Positions 28,263-38,298 are shown, counted from the stretch's first letter. The stretch is DNA of 64,000 nucleotides from an uncultured Candidatus Binatia bacterium (GCA_965213675.1 OZ243916.1:1-64000), one strand, 5' to 3'. Numbers and translations: made by a program. The notes: generated by a model from the letters alone, not told the origin.

Positions 28263-30197
28263 ATGCCTTTCCTGACGACCCTCGGCCGCGTGTACGAGGA
28301 CTACGCGGAAGGCAGCCGACGGCAGTTCACCGGCGTTGCCGGCAAGCTTGTCCCCGGCTTCGCCATCCTCTATTCCGTCTACCACCTGTATGTCTTCATC
28401 ATCGGCGTCGGCAAGCTGAACGTGTTTCAGCACCGCGCGACGCACCTGCTGTGGCTTCTGGCCTTCTCGTTCATCGTCTATGGCCCGGCGGTCAAGAAGA
28501 CGCGGGTGGGGCTGTGGGACTGGATCCCGGCGGGCCTGTCCATCGCCATCTGGGTCTACATGATGCTCAACCTCGAGCGCATCACCCTGTGGATGAGCCT
28601 CATCGACGAACCGCCGCTGCTGGACCTGATCTTCGGCGGTCTGCTGATCCTGCTGGTGCTCGAGGGCGTGCGGCGGGTGTCACGCATGCCGCTCGTGTTC
28701 GTCACCCTTGTTTTCCTGGCCTATATGTTCTGGGGAAATCTGTTGGGCGGGATCTGGTGGCACTCCGGCATGACCTACGAAGTGGTTGTCGACGTGCTGT
28801 TTCTGAGCCCCCAGGGCATGTGGGGCTCGCTGATGAACATTTCCGCCACCTACATCATCCTGTTCGTGCTTTTCGGCCAGTTGCTGTTGCACTTGGGCGG
28901 GGCGGCGTTCTTCGTGGACCTGGCCGATGCGGTGGCCGGGCGCGCCCGCGGCGGGCCCGCCAAGGTGGCGGTGGTGGGGAGCGGGCTCTTCGGCACCATC
29001 TCCGGCAGCCAGATCGCCAATGTCGCCACCAGCGGTTCCTTTACCATCCCGATGATGAAGCGCGTGGGCTTCCGGCCGCAGTTCGCCGGAGCGGTGGAGT
29101 TGTCGGCGTCCATGGGCGGCATGTTCATGCCGCCGGTGATGGCCTCCACCGTGTTCCTGATGAGCGACATCAGCGGCATTCCCTACGTCCAGATCATCGT
29201 GGCGGCGTTCATACCCGCATGTCTGTACTTCTTCACGGTGTTCTGGCAGGTGCACATGGAGAGCGTGAAGATGGGCATCACCTCTCCCACCGAGGGCCGG
29301 CGCACGGCGTGGAACGTGCTCAAGGAGGACGGCCACTTCATCGTGCCGCTGGTGGTCATCGTCTGGGTGCTGCTGGAGGGCTATACCCCCATCCGGGCCG
29401 CGCTGGTGGCCATCGCGACGTTGCTGGCAGTGACGGCGCTCAGGAAGAAGGGGCGCAAGGACCTCGTCAAGAACGTGCTCAAGGGCCTGGAGACCGGGGC
29501 CACCACGTCCATTATCGTGGCGCTGCCCATTGCCGCGGGCGCCATCATGGTCACGGCCATCTCGGCCACCGGCCTGGGCGGCAAGTTCGGCTCCATGGTG
29601 ATGCTCTTCTCCGGCGGCTATCTGTTCCCGGCCCTGGTCATCGCCATGATCGCGTCCCTGGTGCTGGGGGCGCCGTTGTCGGTGGCCGCCACCTATATTC
29701 TCACAGCCATCATGATCGTGCCCGTGACCGTTTCGCTGGGGGTGGCGCCGCTGGCCGCGCATCTGTTCGCGGTCTACTTCGCGGTCATTGCGCCCATGTC
29801 TCCGCCGGCGGGCCCGGCCATGTTCCTTGCCGGAGGGCTTGCGGGAGCCAACCCGATGATGGTGGGCTTCATCGGCATGCGCCTGGCCATCGGCGCGTTC
29901 GTGCTGCCGTTCATGTTCGTGTTCAATCCCGGCCTGCTGATGGACGGGAGCGTCTTCGAGATCCTTTTCTCCACCGGCGTGGCCGCGTTGGCGCTGTTCG
30001 CCATGGCAGCGGGCTTCGAAGGCTGGATATCCAGTACCACCACGGCGTGGGAGCGTGCGCTGCTGTTGGCGGGCGGATTCACCATGATTTTTCCGGGTGC
30101 GATCACGCTCACGGCGGGCGCCGCCGCCGTCATCGTGGCCATCGTCGCGCACTTGGTGCGGGTCAAGGTCATACGGCCCGAGAGCGAGCCGACGTAG
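28263..30197 (+). CDS. TRAP transporter 4TM/12TM fused permease
   Basis: RGGPAKVAV, GTISGS..ANV..SG.FTIPMMK and MPPVM motifs. Confidence 0.93.
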   Translation: MPFLTTLGRVYEDYAEGSRRQFTGVAGKLVPGFAILYSVYHLYVFIIGVGKLNVFQHRATHLLWLLAFSFIVYGPAVKKTRVGLWDWIPAGLSIAIWVYMMLNLERITLWMSLIDEPPLLDLIFGGLLILLVLEGVRRVSRMPLVFVTLVFLAYMFWGNLLGGIWWHSGMTYEVVVDVLFLSPQGMWGSLMNISATYIILFVLFGQLLLHLGGAAFFVDLADAVAGRARGGPAKVAVVGSGLFGTISGSQIANVATSGSFTIPMMKRVGFRPQFAGAVELSASMGGMFMPPVMASTVFLMSDISGIPYVQIIVAAFIPACLYFFTVFWQVHMESVKMGITSPTEGRRTAWNVLKEDGHFIVPLVVIVWVLLEGYTPIRAALVAIATLLAVTALRKKGRKDLVKNVLKGLETGATTSIIVALPIAAGAIMVTAISATGLGGKFGSMVMLFSGGYLFPALVIAMIASLVLGAPLSVAATYILTAIMIVPVTVSLGVAPLAAHLFAVYFAVIAPMSPPAGPAMFLAGGLAGANPMMVGFIGMRLAIGAFVLPFMFVFNPGLLMDGSVFEILFSTGVAALALFAMAAGFEGWISSTTTAWERALLLAGGFTMIFPGAITLTAGAAAVIVAIVAHLVRVKVIRPESEPT

Positions 30198-30237
30198 ACG
30201 TGACCGGGATCCCGTGGGACTCCGTGGCGCGAACGGG

Positions 30238-30879
30238 ATGGTGGGAACAGAACCGGCGTTGGTCGTTTCCCGAACATTGCTGATCATTCTCGTGCTGGCG
30301 TGGGTGCCGGCGTGCTCCGTGCCCCCGCCGGAGCGGCAGGCCAACATCTGCGAGGTCTTCTCGCAGTATCCGGACTGGTACGACTACGCCGTCAAGTCCC
30401 AGCGCCAGTGGGGCACCCCCGTGCATGTCCTCATGGCTTTCGTGCGTCATGAGTCGAGCTTTCGGAGCCACGCCAAGCCCCCCAGGCGCTGGTTCCTGTT
30501 CATTCCGCTGAGCCGTCCGTCCTCCGCCGAGGGATACGCCCAGGCCCAGGATCCGGTGTGGGGCGAGTACCAGGCGGAGCGGGGCCGGCTCTTCCGCAGC
30601 CGCTCGGACATGGAGGACGCCCTCGACTTCATCGGCTGGTACAATCACAAGACCTGGCGCGAGTTGAACATCGCCCGGACCGACGCGCACAAGCTTTATC
30701 TGGCCTACCACGAAGGTCGCGGCGGCTACCGCCGCGGCACCTGGAAGAAAAAACCGGGATTGCAACGCACCGCCAAGCGGGTGGCCGCCACCGCTGCCGC
30801 CTACAAGGCACAATTCGCCAGGTGCGAGTCGCGTTTCCGCTGCGACTCCTGGTACCAGGTGTGGCCGCTGTGCAGGTGA
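30238..30879 (+). CDS. Transglycosylase SLT-like lipoprotein; start uncertain
   Basis: Lipobox VPAC; HESSF...AKPP, SSAEGYAQA and LYLAYHEG motifs. Confidence 0.8.
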   Translation: MVGTEPALVVSRTLLIILVLAWVPACSVPPPERQANICEVFSQYPDWYDYAVKSQRQWGTPVHVLMAFVRHESSFRSHAKPPRRWFLFIPLSRPSSAEGYAQAQDPVWGEYQAERGRLFRSRSDMEDALDFIGWYNHKTWRELNIARTDAHKLYLAYHEGRGGYRRGTWKKKPGLQRTAKRVAATAAAYKAQFARCESRFRCDSWYQVWPLCR

Positions 30880-31141
30880 TGGCGGGACTCCGTCCATCAC
30901 ACGCTGCCGTGGGAACTTCGACGAAGATGCAAGGCTCGACAACGGTCCTTTGGCTGCATCTGACAACTGCCGTACTCGCGGTGGCGCCGCGTGGCTTCAT
31001 CGCGCGCCAACTCGGCTATTGAACAAGCGCGGCGTGCCGGTCCCGGCGGTCATGGCGGTTGCTTGCAAACGGATGGGCCTTCGTCATAGAGTGCAGGCGC
31101 TCATCCACGAGTGATGAAGAACACCAGAAGGAGTGACCCCT

Positions 31142-32167
31142 ATGAAGCGACTTATGAACGCATGGACAGTCCCCGCGGCGCTGCTGACCTTCGGCATCGC
31201 CGTTCTGGCGGCTTCCGCGGCAAGCGCGGCGGATCTGACGCCCATCAGCGTGGGCCGGACGACCTCGGCGAGCGGATTTCACATCCCTTCGTACATTGCC
31301 ATGGACAAGGGAATCTTCAAGAAGTACGGCATGGAGGCCAAGTACCGCAGCATGAGCGGCAAGGCGCTGCTCAACGCCGGCATCGCCAAGCAGATCGACT
31401 TCGTGCCGATTCCCGGCGGCGGCTCCCAGGCCGCTCTCAAGGGCGCGCCCATCACCTACCTGGTGGGTCAGTCGCTGATCTCCCAGTGGACCGTCACGGC
31501 TCACGCGAGCATCAAGACGGTAGCGGACCTCAAGGGCAAGACCATCGGCTTGGGGCGGCCCGGCAGTGCCGACTACGATGAGGCCGACATCGTGCTGTCC
31601 AGGAATTTCGGCATGGAGCCCGGACGCGACTACAAGGTCATCAGCTTCCGGGGCGAGGCCGAGCGCATCGCCGCCATGATCAACGGCGACATCCATGCCG
31701 GACTGCTCACGTTCCCCCACGCCGCCAAGGCGAAACTCGCGGGCTTCAAGGTCATCTTGAAGACCGGCAAGTATCTTCCCCGCATCGGCGGCAGCTTCTG
31801 GGTCCACAACGACTTCCTCAAGGCCAACCGCGAGACCGCCAAGGCCTTCATCCATGCCATGGCCGAAGCCGCCGAATACATGGCGTCGAACAAGGAAGGG
31901 TCCGTCGACGTCATCCAGAAATATTTCGCCATGAAGGATCGCAGGGAAGCCGAAGGGGTCTGGGAGGAAGTGTTCGATCAGTACGGGCCGGACATGCCCG
32001 AGGACTTGGTCCGGAGCCTCTTCGAGTCCCGCGTGAAGCGCATGATCGCGAAGAACCTGTGGCCCAAGGACCAGCCTCTCCCCGACGTGGAGAAGTTCGT
32101 CGCCCGCGACCTGCTTTCCGAGACACTTCGGGAACGGGGCTACTACCTTCAGGCGAAACCGCTCTAG
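31142..32167 (+). CDS. ABC-type substrate-binding protein (SsuA/NMT1-THI5-like), orphan
   Basis: Signal peptide; YIAMDKGIFKKYG and IKTVADLKGKTIG motifs; no permease nearby. Confidence 0.85.
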   Translation: MKRLMNAWTVPAALLTFGIAVLAASAASAADLTPISVGRTTSASGFHIPSYIAMDKGIFKKYGMEAKYRSMSGKALLNAGIAKQIDFVPIPGGGSQAALKGAPITYLVGQSLISQWTVTAHASIKTVADLKGKTIGLGRPGSADYDEADIVLSRNFGMEPGRDYKVISFRGEAERIAAMINGDIHAGLLTFPHAAKAKLAGFKVILKTGKYLPRIGGSFWVHNDFLKANRETAKAFIHAMAEAAEYMASNKEGSVDVIQKYFAMKDRREAEGVWEEVFDQYGPDMPEDLVRSLFESRVKRMIAKNLWPKDQPLPDVEKFVARDLLSETLRERGYYLQAKPL

Positions 32168-32326
32168 GAGTCTGCGCCGCAGGGATTCGCGAAAGCGAAA
32201 ATTCGCTATCGCCGTCCCTTCGGCCGGTCGATTGAGGAGAATATCCGGTCATACTTGACGAGATCGAGCGGCCGAAGGGACGGATGAGAGCGGATTTACG
32301 GCCTGAAGTCCAGCGGCGCAGGCTCC
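32167..32326. mobile_element. MITE family B (inverted relative to 7418)
   Basis: GGAGTCTGCGCCGC...GCGGCGCAGGCTCC termini; TTCGCGAAAGCGAAAATTCGC and CCCTTCGGCCG...CGGCCGAAGGG core. Confidence 0.85.
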
Positions 32327-32707
32327 TGGTTCCGCCCTTCTGCGCAACCCTCCCCGGGGCACGCGGGGCCTGGAAAGCGCAGTTCTCCCAAGGGGAACTC
32401 CAGCGAGCTCTGCAGCGGCGAGTACCACATGGCTGCCCGGGTTGCCCGGTGCAGTTGCAGGTGGATCTTCACCGTCCGCCCATGGGCGGCGATGGGATCC
32501 CGTGGGATGCGCGCATCGACGTGTGACGGCGGGGGCCTTTGTCTGCCGCCCATTCAATGAAACGAAAGCGTTCGGTCACGCGGTGATGGAGGGAACGATG
32601 GCGCCGAGCGAAGGCCGGTACGACCCGGCAGAACGCGGAGTTGCCATCGTCTTCTTCATCAGGGGCACCCCTTGACCGAACGCTTGCAACGAAACAAGGA
32701 GACTGCC

Positions 32708-33478
32708 GTGAGTGACGACACCAAGATCGTAACCGGGTTGGGCAAGGCCGAGCTGCACCGCGTCCTGGTCCGCAACATCGACCTGACCCAGGACATCCTG
32801 GGCAAGCTGAGCTTCGGTCAGATGGCCTTCCTGATGCTCGTGGGGCGCATTCCCAGCGAGGACGAAGGGCGCATGACCGACGCCATGCTGAATGTGCTCG
32901 TGGAGCACGGCATGGTGGGCAACGTGGTGGCGGCGCGCCTGACCGTGTCCACCGCGCCGGAGGCCATCCAGGGCGCCGTGGCCGCGGCCCTGCTGGGCGC
33001 CGGCAGCGTGCATCTCGGCTCGTCCGAGTACTGCGCCAGGATGCTGCAGGACGCGCTGCCTCTGGACAGCGGCGACACCGATGTGGCCGCGCTGGCCCAG
33101 TCCGTGGTGGAAGACCACGCCAACCGCAAGCAGCGGCTTGCCGGCATCGGCCACGGCACCCACTCCGAAGGCGACCCTCGGGCCAACAAACTGTACGAGA
33201 TCGCCGCGGAGACCGGTGTGCGCGGGCGCTACTGCGAGCTCCTGGAAGAGATCAAGAAGGCCGCGGAAGCACGCCACAAGCGGGGCCTGCCCATCAACGT
33301 CACCGGCGCCATCGCCGCCATCGCCTCGGACATGGGCCTCCAGTGGCAGATGGCCAAGGCCTTCGCCCTCATCGGCCGCACCTTGGGCGCCATGGCCCAC
33401 ATCGGCGAGGAGCTGCGCAACCCCATGCACCGGCGCATCAGCAATCTGATCCGCTCCAACCTGTCCTACGAGCCGTAG
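32708..33478 (+). CDS. Citryl-CoA lyase / citrate-synthase-fold protein
   Basis: LVEHG, GSVHLG, GIGH..H...DPRA and PINVTGAI motifs; AAGGAG RBS plus GTG. Confidence 0.88.
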   Translation: MSDDTKIVTGLGKAELHRVLVRNIDLTQDILGKLSFGQMAFLMLVGRIPSEDEGRMTDAMLNVLVEHGMVGNVVAARLTVSTAPEAIQGAVAAALLGAGSVHLGSSEYCARMLQDALPLDSGDTDVAALAQSVVEDHANRKQRLAGIGHGTHSEGDPRANKLYEIAAETGVRGRYCELLEEIKKAAEARHKRGLPINVTGAIAAIASDMGLQWQMAKAFALIGRTLGAMAHIGEELRNPMHRRISNLIRSNLSYEP

Positions 33479-33487
33479 TGCCGGCGT

Positions 33488-33521
33488 AAGCAGTACCGTA
33501 TGCTGCCGTACGGTACTGCTT
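33488..33521 (+). terminator. Strong hairpin after the citryl-CoA-lyase-like gene
   Basis: AAGCAGTACCGTA-N8-TACGGTACTGCTT, 13-bp perfect stem followed by a short T run. Confidence 0.55.
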
Positions 33522-33527
33522 TCCCCT

Positions 33528-33692
33528 CTAGTGTGGTGTCTGGTTAATACGCGACATAATCTGCGGGTCTTTTTCGCCGTCGGCTGCGTTGCTCTTCCTC
33601 GCGTGGTAACCGCCACTGCTCGTCATCGCGCCTTGCCGACGACAAAAAATCCTCCGCAGATTATGACGCGAATTAACCAGACACCACACTAG
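33528..33692. mobile_element. MITE family A (165 bp including both CTAG ends)
   Basis: CTAGTGTGGTGTCTGGTTAAT...ATTAACCAGACACCACACTAG, ~39-bp near-perfect terminal inverted repeats; near-identical to 52260-52424. Confidence 0.9.
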
Positions 33693-33747
33693 CAGTCCCG
33701 CGACAGGCGCTGTGCCCAAACTCGCCATGTGATGACGTAATGAAACC

Positions 33748-33773
33748 GTCATTCCCGCGAAAGCGGGAATCCA
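33748..33773 (+). repeat. REP/dRS3-like palindrome
   Basis: GTCATTCCCGCGAAAGCGGGAATCCA (ATTCCC-N8-GGGAAT). Confidence 0.75.
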
Positions 33774-33822
33774 GGGGTGGGGAGAGGCCGCATGGATGGT
33801 GGAATCGGAGTGCGATACCGCG

Positions 33823-36342
33823 TCACTCCAGCGCCCCGTCCTCCCGGAGCTGCCGGATGCGCGCGTCGTCGTAGCCCAGCACGTCGCGCAGAGTGCGGTG
33901 GGTGTCGCGGCCGAGTTCCGGGAAGACCCAGTCCTGGGCCATGTCGCTCCGGGCGAAGCGGATGGGGAGACAGGGGAGGATGAGGCGGCCGAAGCGCGGG
34001 TTGTCGTGGGCGCCCAGAAAACCGCGGGCCTGGAGGTGCGGGTCGTTCTCCACCAGGTCTGCGCCGGTCTGGACCGCGCCGCAGGGGACCGCCTGCGCCT
34101 GCAGCGACCGCATGACCTCATGGCAGTCCCGCGTCCGGGTCCATTCTTCGATGATCGCATCCAACTCGACACGGTGACGCACCCGCGCCGCGGGTTCCTG
34201 GAATCTCGGGTCACCGGCCAGTTCCGGCCGCCCGATGGCCGCGGCCAGCCTGCGCCATTGCGCGTTGTCCTCGGTGGCGATGACGCACCAGCGGTCATCG
34301 CCCGCGCAGGCGTAGATGCCCCAGGGCGCGTGATACGGTGAACGGTTACCCACGGCCACGGGTTCGGTGTCGGTGTTGGCGGCCTGGATCATGGCCGTGC
34401 CGATGAGGAACGCGGCCGCCTCGGCCTGGGCCATGTCCATGGCCATTCCACGGCCGGTGCGCCGGCGGTAGAGGGTGACTGCCACCGACAGAATCGCCGC
34501 CATGACCCCCGATACGTAGTCAGGCAGCACGGTGCCCGCGCCCACCGGTGGGTCCACGTCCGCGGACTCGTTCCACAGCCAGGTAAAGCCCGTGAAGCCG
34601 GTGATGATGGTGCCCAGGGTCAGTGAGTCCTTCTTGGGGCCGGTGGCGCCGAGCCCGGGCATGCGCAAGGTGACGATGTCGGGCTTGTGCTCCACCAGGT
34701 GCTCGTAGTCGAGCCCCAGGCCCGGCATCACCCGCGCCGCGAAGTTGTCCAGCACCAGGTCGCAGTGCTGCGCCAGCTCCCGAATCAGGCCGGGGCCTTC
34801 GGGATGCTTGAGGTTCACGGTGACGGAGCGCTTGTTGCGGTTGAATTCGAGGAAACGGGGCGAGGCGTTGGGATCGTCGCCCGTGCCGAAGAAGCGGAAA
34901 GGGTCGAGCCCGCCCTTGGCGGATTCCACCTTGAGCACCTCCGCGCCCAGATCCGCCAGCAGCATCATGCCGAAGGGACCCGCGAGCACGTGGTCGAAGC
35001 TCAGCACGCGCAGGCCCTCCAGCGGCAGCCCTCGGGCATCGGCGTCCGCAGCGCCGCCGGAGGCGGTCGCCACGGTCCTGCCATCGGCGGCCCCGCCCGC
35101 CGCGTCGTCATCCGCCGCGGTTGCGCTGCCCGCCGCCGGAGCCGCGTCCGCGTTGGCATCGGCCGTGTCCGTACCGCCGGCGTCCATGGCCGCGTTTCCA
35201 GTGCCGGTGGTCGCGCCCCGGCCTGCCGGCGCCGGCGCCTCGACGCGCGGCCGGGCGCCGTTGAACAGGCAGGGCAGCGCCGGCTGGATCAGCGCGTTGC
35301 CGTCCGGATAGGCCACCTCCTGGACGAAGCGGCGCCCTTCCACGTGGGGGTCGCGCAGGAAGCCCAGCGGCCGGTTCACCGGCAGGCACGGGATGCGGTT
35401 GGACTGGAGCAGGCGCGTCAACGCGTCCATGGAATGCCGCCGGGTGAACGCGCTCACCGCGGGATTGATGATGTCCGCCCGCGCCCGCCGGTACAGGTTG
35501 TTGAGGTATTCCGGCGCGTCGAAGTCCTCGGGATGGTCGGTCCAGATGTCGAGGAACCTCTGCCAGTGCTGCCGGCTGACGTAGATGTAGACGTGGCCGT
35601 CGCGGCACGGAAAGATCCGCGCCGGCGCCACGTGCTGGTGCTGGCTGCCGGCCCGGTGATGGATTTCGCCTTCGTTGGCGTAGAGCCGGATCATGTGCTC
35701 CTGCGTGGCCAGCGCTTCCTGCATGGACACGTCGATCCAGTCTCCGGCGCCGGTGCGCTCGCGGCGATGGAGCGCCGCCACGATGCCCAGCGCGGCCATG
35801 AGACTGCCGAAGTAGCAGGCCTGGGTCTCGGGCGGCGCGCACGGCGTACCGTCCGGGTCCCCGGAGATGGACATGAGTCCACACATGGCGAACACCACGA
35901 GATCGTTGCAGGCGAAGCCGCTGTGGGGACCCCACTGGCCGAAGCCGGTGATGGAGGCCATGATGAGCCCCGGGTTCAGGGCGCTTAGACGGTCGTAGTC
36001 CAGCTCCATCCCGGCCATCCATCCGGGTGCGCCGCTCTCGATGAGGATGTCCGTGTCCGCCGCCAGCGCCCGCAGCCGCTCCCGGCCCTCGGGCGTTCCG
36101 AGGTCCAGTTCCAGGGTGCGCTTGTTGGCGTTGAGATGGGCGAAGACGAGGCTGGTGTCGCCGGCAAACGGCGGCAGCCGCCGCACCGGGTCGCCGCCGG
36201 GCGGCTCGATCTTGAGGACCTCCACGCCCAGGTCGGCGAGGAAACGCCCGCACATCTGGCCCTTGCGGTCCGTGAGGTCCAGCGCTTGGTATCCCTCCAG
36301 CAGCCGAGGCGCAGCGCCCTGTTGCGAGTCGTCCTTGGCCAT
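33823..36342 (-). CDS. Family III CoA-transferase (CaiB/BaiF), two domains in tandem
   Basis: Two LADLG(V/A)EVLK(I/V)E...N(A/R)NKR units joined by an Ala/Asp-rich linker. Confidence 0.92.
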   Translation of the reverse strand: MAKDDSQQGAAPRLLEGYQALDLTDRKGQMCGRFLADLGVEVLKIEPPGGDPVRRLPPFAGDTSLVFAHLNANKRTLELDLGTPEGRERLRALAADTDILIESGAPGWMAGMELDYDRLSALNPGLIMASITGFGQWGPHSGFACNDLVVFAMCGLMSISGDPDGTPCAPPETQACYFGSLMAALGIVAALHRRERTGAGDWIDVSMQEALATQEHMIRLYANEGEIHHRAGSQHQHVAPARIFPCRDGHVYIYVSRQHWQRFLDIWTDHPEDFDAPEYLNNLYRRARADIINPAVSAFTRRHSMDALTRLLQSNRIPCLPVNRPLGFLRDPHVEGRRFVQEVAYPDGNALIQPALPCLFNGARPRVEAPAPAGRGATTGTGNAAMDAGGTDTADANADAAPAAGSATAADDDAAGGAADGRTVATASGGAADADARGLPLEGLRVLSFDHVLAGPFGMMLLADLGAEVLKVESAKGGLDPFRFFGTGDDPNASPRFLEFNRNKRSVTVNLKHPEGPGLIRELAQHCDLVLDNFAARVMPGLGLDYEHLVEHKPDIVTLRMPGLGATGPKKDSLTLGTIITGFTGFTWLWNESADVDPPVGAGTVLPDYVSGVMAAILSVAVTLYRRRTGRGMAMDMAQAEAAAFLIGTAMIQAANTDTEPVAVGNRSPYHAPWGIYACAGDDRWCVIATEDNAQWRRLAAAIGRPELAGDPRFQEPAARVRHRVELDAIIEEWTRTRDCHEVMRSLQAQAVPCGAVQTGADLVENDPHLQARGFLGAHDNPRFGRLILPCLPIRFARSDMAQDWVFPELGRDTHRTLRDVLGYDDARIRQLREDGALE

Positions 36343-36435
36343 GTCCGCTCTCCGTCTCTGCTGTCGTGTCTCGCCTGTTCCCCCGACGAGTTGCGCGGGA
36401 GCCTTCGCCGCCGGCACGACGTTGCCATTACGAAT

Positions 36436-37254
36436 TTACGATTTCTTCGCGTCCGGCTTCTCGTAGGCCACGTTGCCGCCGCCCTTCTGGGACTGCAGGT
36501 AGCCCTCCACGTCGTTCAGCGGGTTGGTGTACACGCGCATGCGGTGGGAGATGATCTCGTCCACCAGCAGGCCGCGGCTGTTGTCGAGGTCCATGGCCGT
36601 GTAGGCGGCGATCTTGGCGTGCTCCAGTGTTGCCGGGTGGCGCGTGGCGATGGTGTCGGCGAACTCCCGCACGAACGGTATCAGCTCCCGCTCGGGCACC
36701 ACCCTGGATACGAGTCCCAGGCGCTCGGCTGCGGCTCCGTCGAGGTTCTCGCCGGTGAGTTGGATGTAGAACGCCTTCTTGAAGGGGATGCCGCTGCGGA
36801 AGAGCGTGGGCGTGGCGGTGGCGCCGTAGCTCCCGCGGATGATCTCGGGCATGCCGAACTGCGCGGTATCCGCGCTGATGGCCAGGTCGTGGCCGTTCAC
36901 CAGCACGAGCCCGCCGCCCAGCGCCCAGCCGTTGACCGCGGCCACGGTGACCTGGGGCGCCTGGCGCAGCAGCGTGACGATCTCCCGCGCCGAGCCGCCT
37001 TCGTAGAGACGGCGCCTGCCCTGCCACGACGACCGCAGGTCGTAAAGGTCCAGTCCGGAGCTGTAGGCGTTGCCCGCCCCGGTGGTGACGATGCAGCGGA
37101 TGTTTTCGTTCATCGCCAGGGTCTTGAGGCTGTCCGCCAGTTCCGCCAGGAGTTTGCGGCTGAGCGCGTTCTTCCGTTCCGGCCGGTTGAGAGTGATCCA
37201 GGCCACGCCTGTTTCCTCATGGATGTCCTCGATGATGGTTTCCCTTTCAGCCAC
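36436..37254 (-). CDS. Enoyl-CoA hydratase/isomerase (crotonase) family protein
   Basis: ITLNRPERKNALS, GLDL, AAVNGWALGGG and FGMPE motifs. Confidence 0.92.
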   Translation of the reverse strand: MAERETIIEDIHEETGVAWITLNRPERKNALSRKLLAELADSLKTLAMNENIRCIVTTGAGNAYSSGLDLYDLRSSWQGRRRLYEGGSAREIVTLLRQAPQVTVAAVNGWALGGGLVLVNGHDLAISADTAQFGMPEIIRGSYGATATPTLFRSGIPFKKAFYIQLTGENLDGAAAERLGLVSRVVPERELIPFVREFADTIATRHPATLEHAKIAAYTAMDLDNSRGLLVDEIISHRMRVYTNPLNDVEGYLQSQKGGGNVAYEKPDAKKS

Positions 37255-37272
37255 GTGTCTCCTCCCATCTGT

Positions 37273-38298
37273 TCAACGGGCGCCGAAGCGTTCCTTCCAG
37301 GCGTCCACGCACTCCGGGTTCACCACGGTCTCGGGCACTTCCCCCGCCAGCACCGTGAGAATGCTCTCGGCGGCCATGCGTTCGCCGGATACTTGGGACT
37401 GCGGGTTGGTGCCGATGATGTGCGGCGTCATGATCAGCCGTTCGGGGTCCACCTGACGCAGGGGGTCGGACATGGGCAGCGGTTCTTCCTCGAACACGTC
37501 CACCGCCGCGCCGGCGATGACGCCATCGTCCAACGCCAGCGTCAGGTCAGCTTGCTGAACCACGCCGCCGCGGCAGGTGTTCACCAGATAGGCGGTGGGC
37601 TTCATCTTCTTCAATTCGGTCAGGGTGATGAGCCCGCGCGTCTCCTGGGTGAGGGGCGTGTGCAGGGTCACGAGATCGGACTCCCGCAGCACCGTGTCCA
37701 GCGACACCAACTCCACCCCCAGGTGCTGCACCGACTCCTGGGTGATGTAGGGGTCGCAGCCGATAAGCCGCATCTCCCAGGGGCCGAGGCGCTTGGCGAC
37801 CTCCTTGCCCACCCGTCCCACGCCGACGATGCCGACGGTGCGCCCCACCATGAGGTGGCCCCGGTGCTCGTTGCGCTTCCAGCCGCCCTCGCGCAGCAGC
37901 GTCTGGTTGTGCACCAGGCGCTTGAACAGCATGGACATGAGCCCCACCGTGGCCTCGGCCACGCCCGTGAAATTCTCCCGCGCCGGGCTGTTGCATACCA
38001 GGATGCCCAACTCGGTGGCCGCGTCCACGTCGATGGTCTCGTAGCCGATGGCGGCCTTGATGACGGCGCGCAGCTTCGGGCTCCGGGCCAGCACCGTCCC
38101 GCTGATGACATCCCGCTGGGCCGCCCAGATGGCGTCGCAATCGCCGATCAACGCTACCAACTCGTCCTCGCTGTAGCGATGCTTGGGGAACTCGTCCTGG
38201 TCCTTCCCCAGCACCAGTTCGCAGCCGCTCTGCTCCAGCACGTCCCGTCCCACCGAGAGCTTGTGCGGCGCCGGGATGCATACCTTGTTGCCTTGCAT
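37273..38298 (-). CDS. D-isomer-specific 2-hydroxyacid dehydrogenase (SerA-like)
   Basis: VGIVGVGRVG, LHTPLT, VNTCRG, DVFEEEP and TPHI motifs. Confidence 0.92.
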   Translation of the reverse strand: MQGNKVCIPAPHKLSVGRDVLEQSGCELVLGKDQDEFPKHRYSEDELVALIGDCDAIWAAQRDVISGTVLARSPKLRAVIKAAIGYETIDVDAATELGILVCNSPARENFTGVAEATVGLMSMLFKRLVHNQTLLREGGWKRNEHRGHLMVGRTVGIVGVGRVGKEVAKRLGPWEMRLIGCDPYITQESVQHLGVELVSLDTVLRESDLVTLHTPLTQETRGLITLTELKKMKPTAYLVNTCRGGVVQQADLTLALDDGVIAGAAVDVFEEEPLPMSDPLRQVDPERLIMTPHIIGTNPQSQVSGERMAAESILTVLAGEVPETVVNPECVDAWKERFGAR

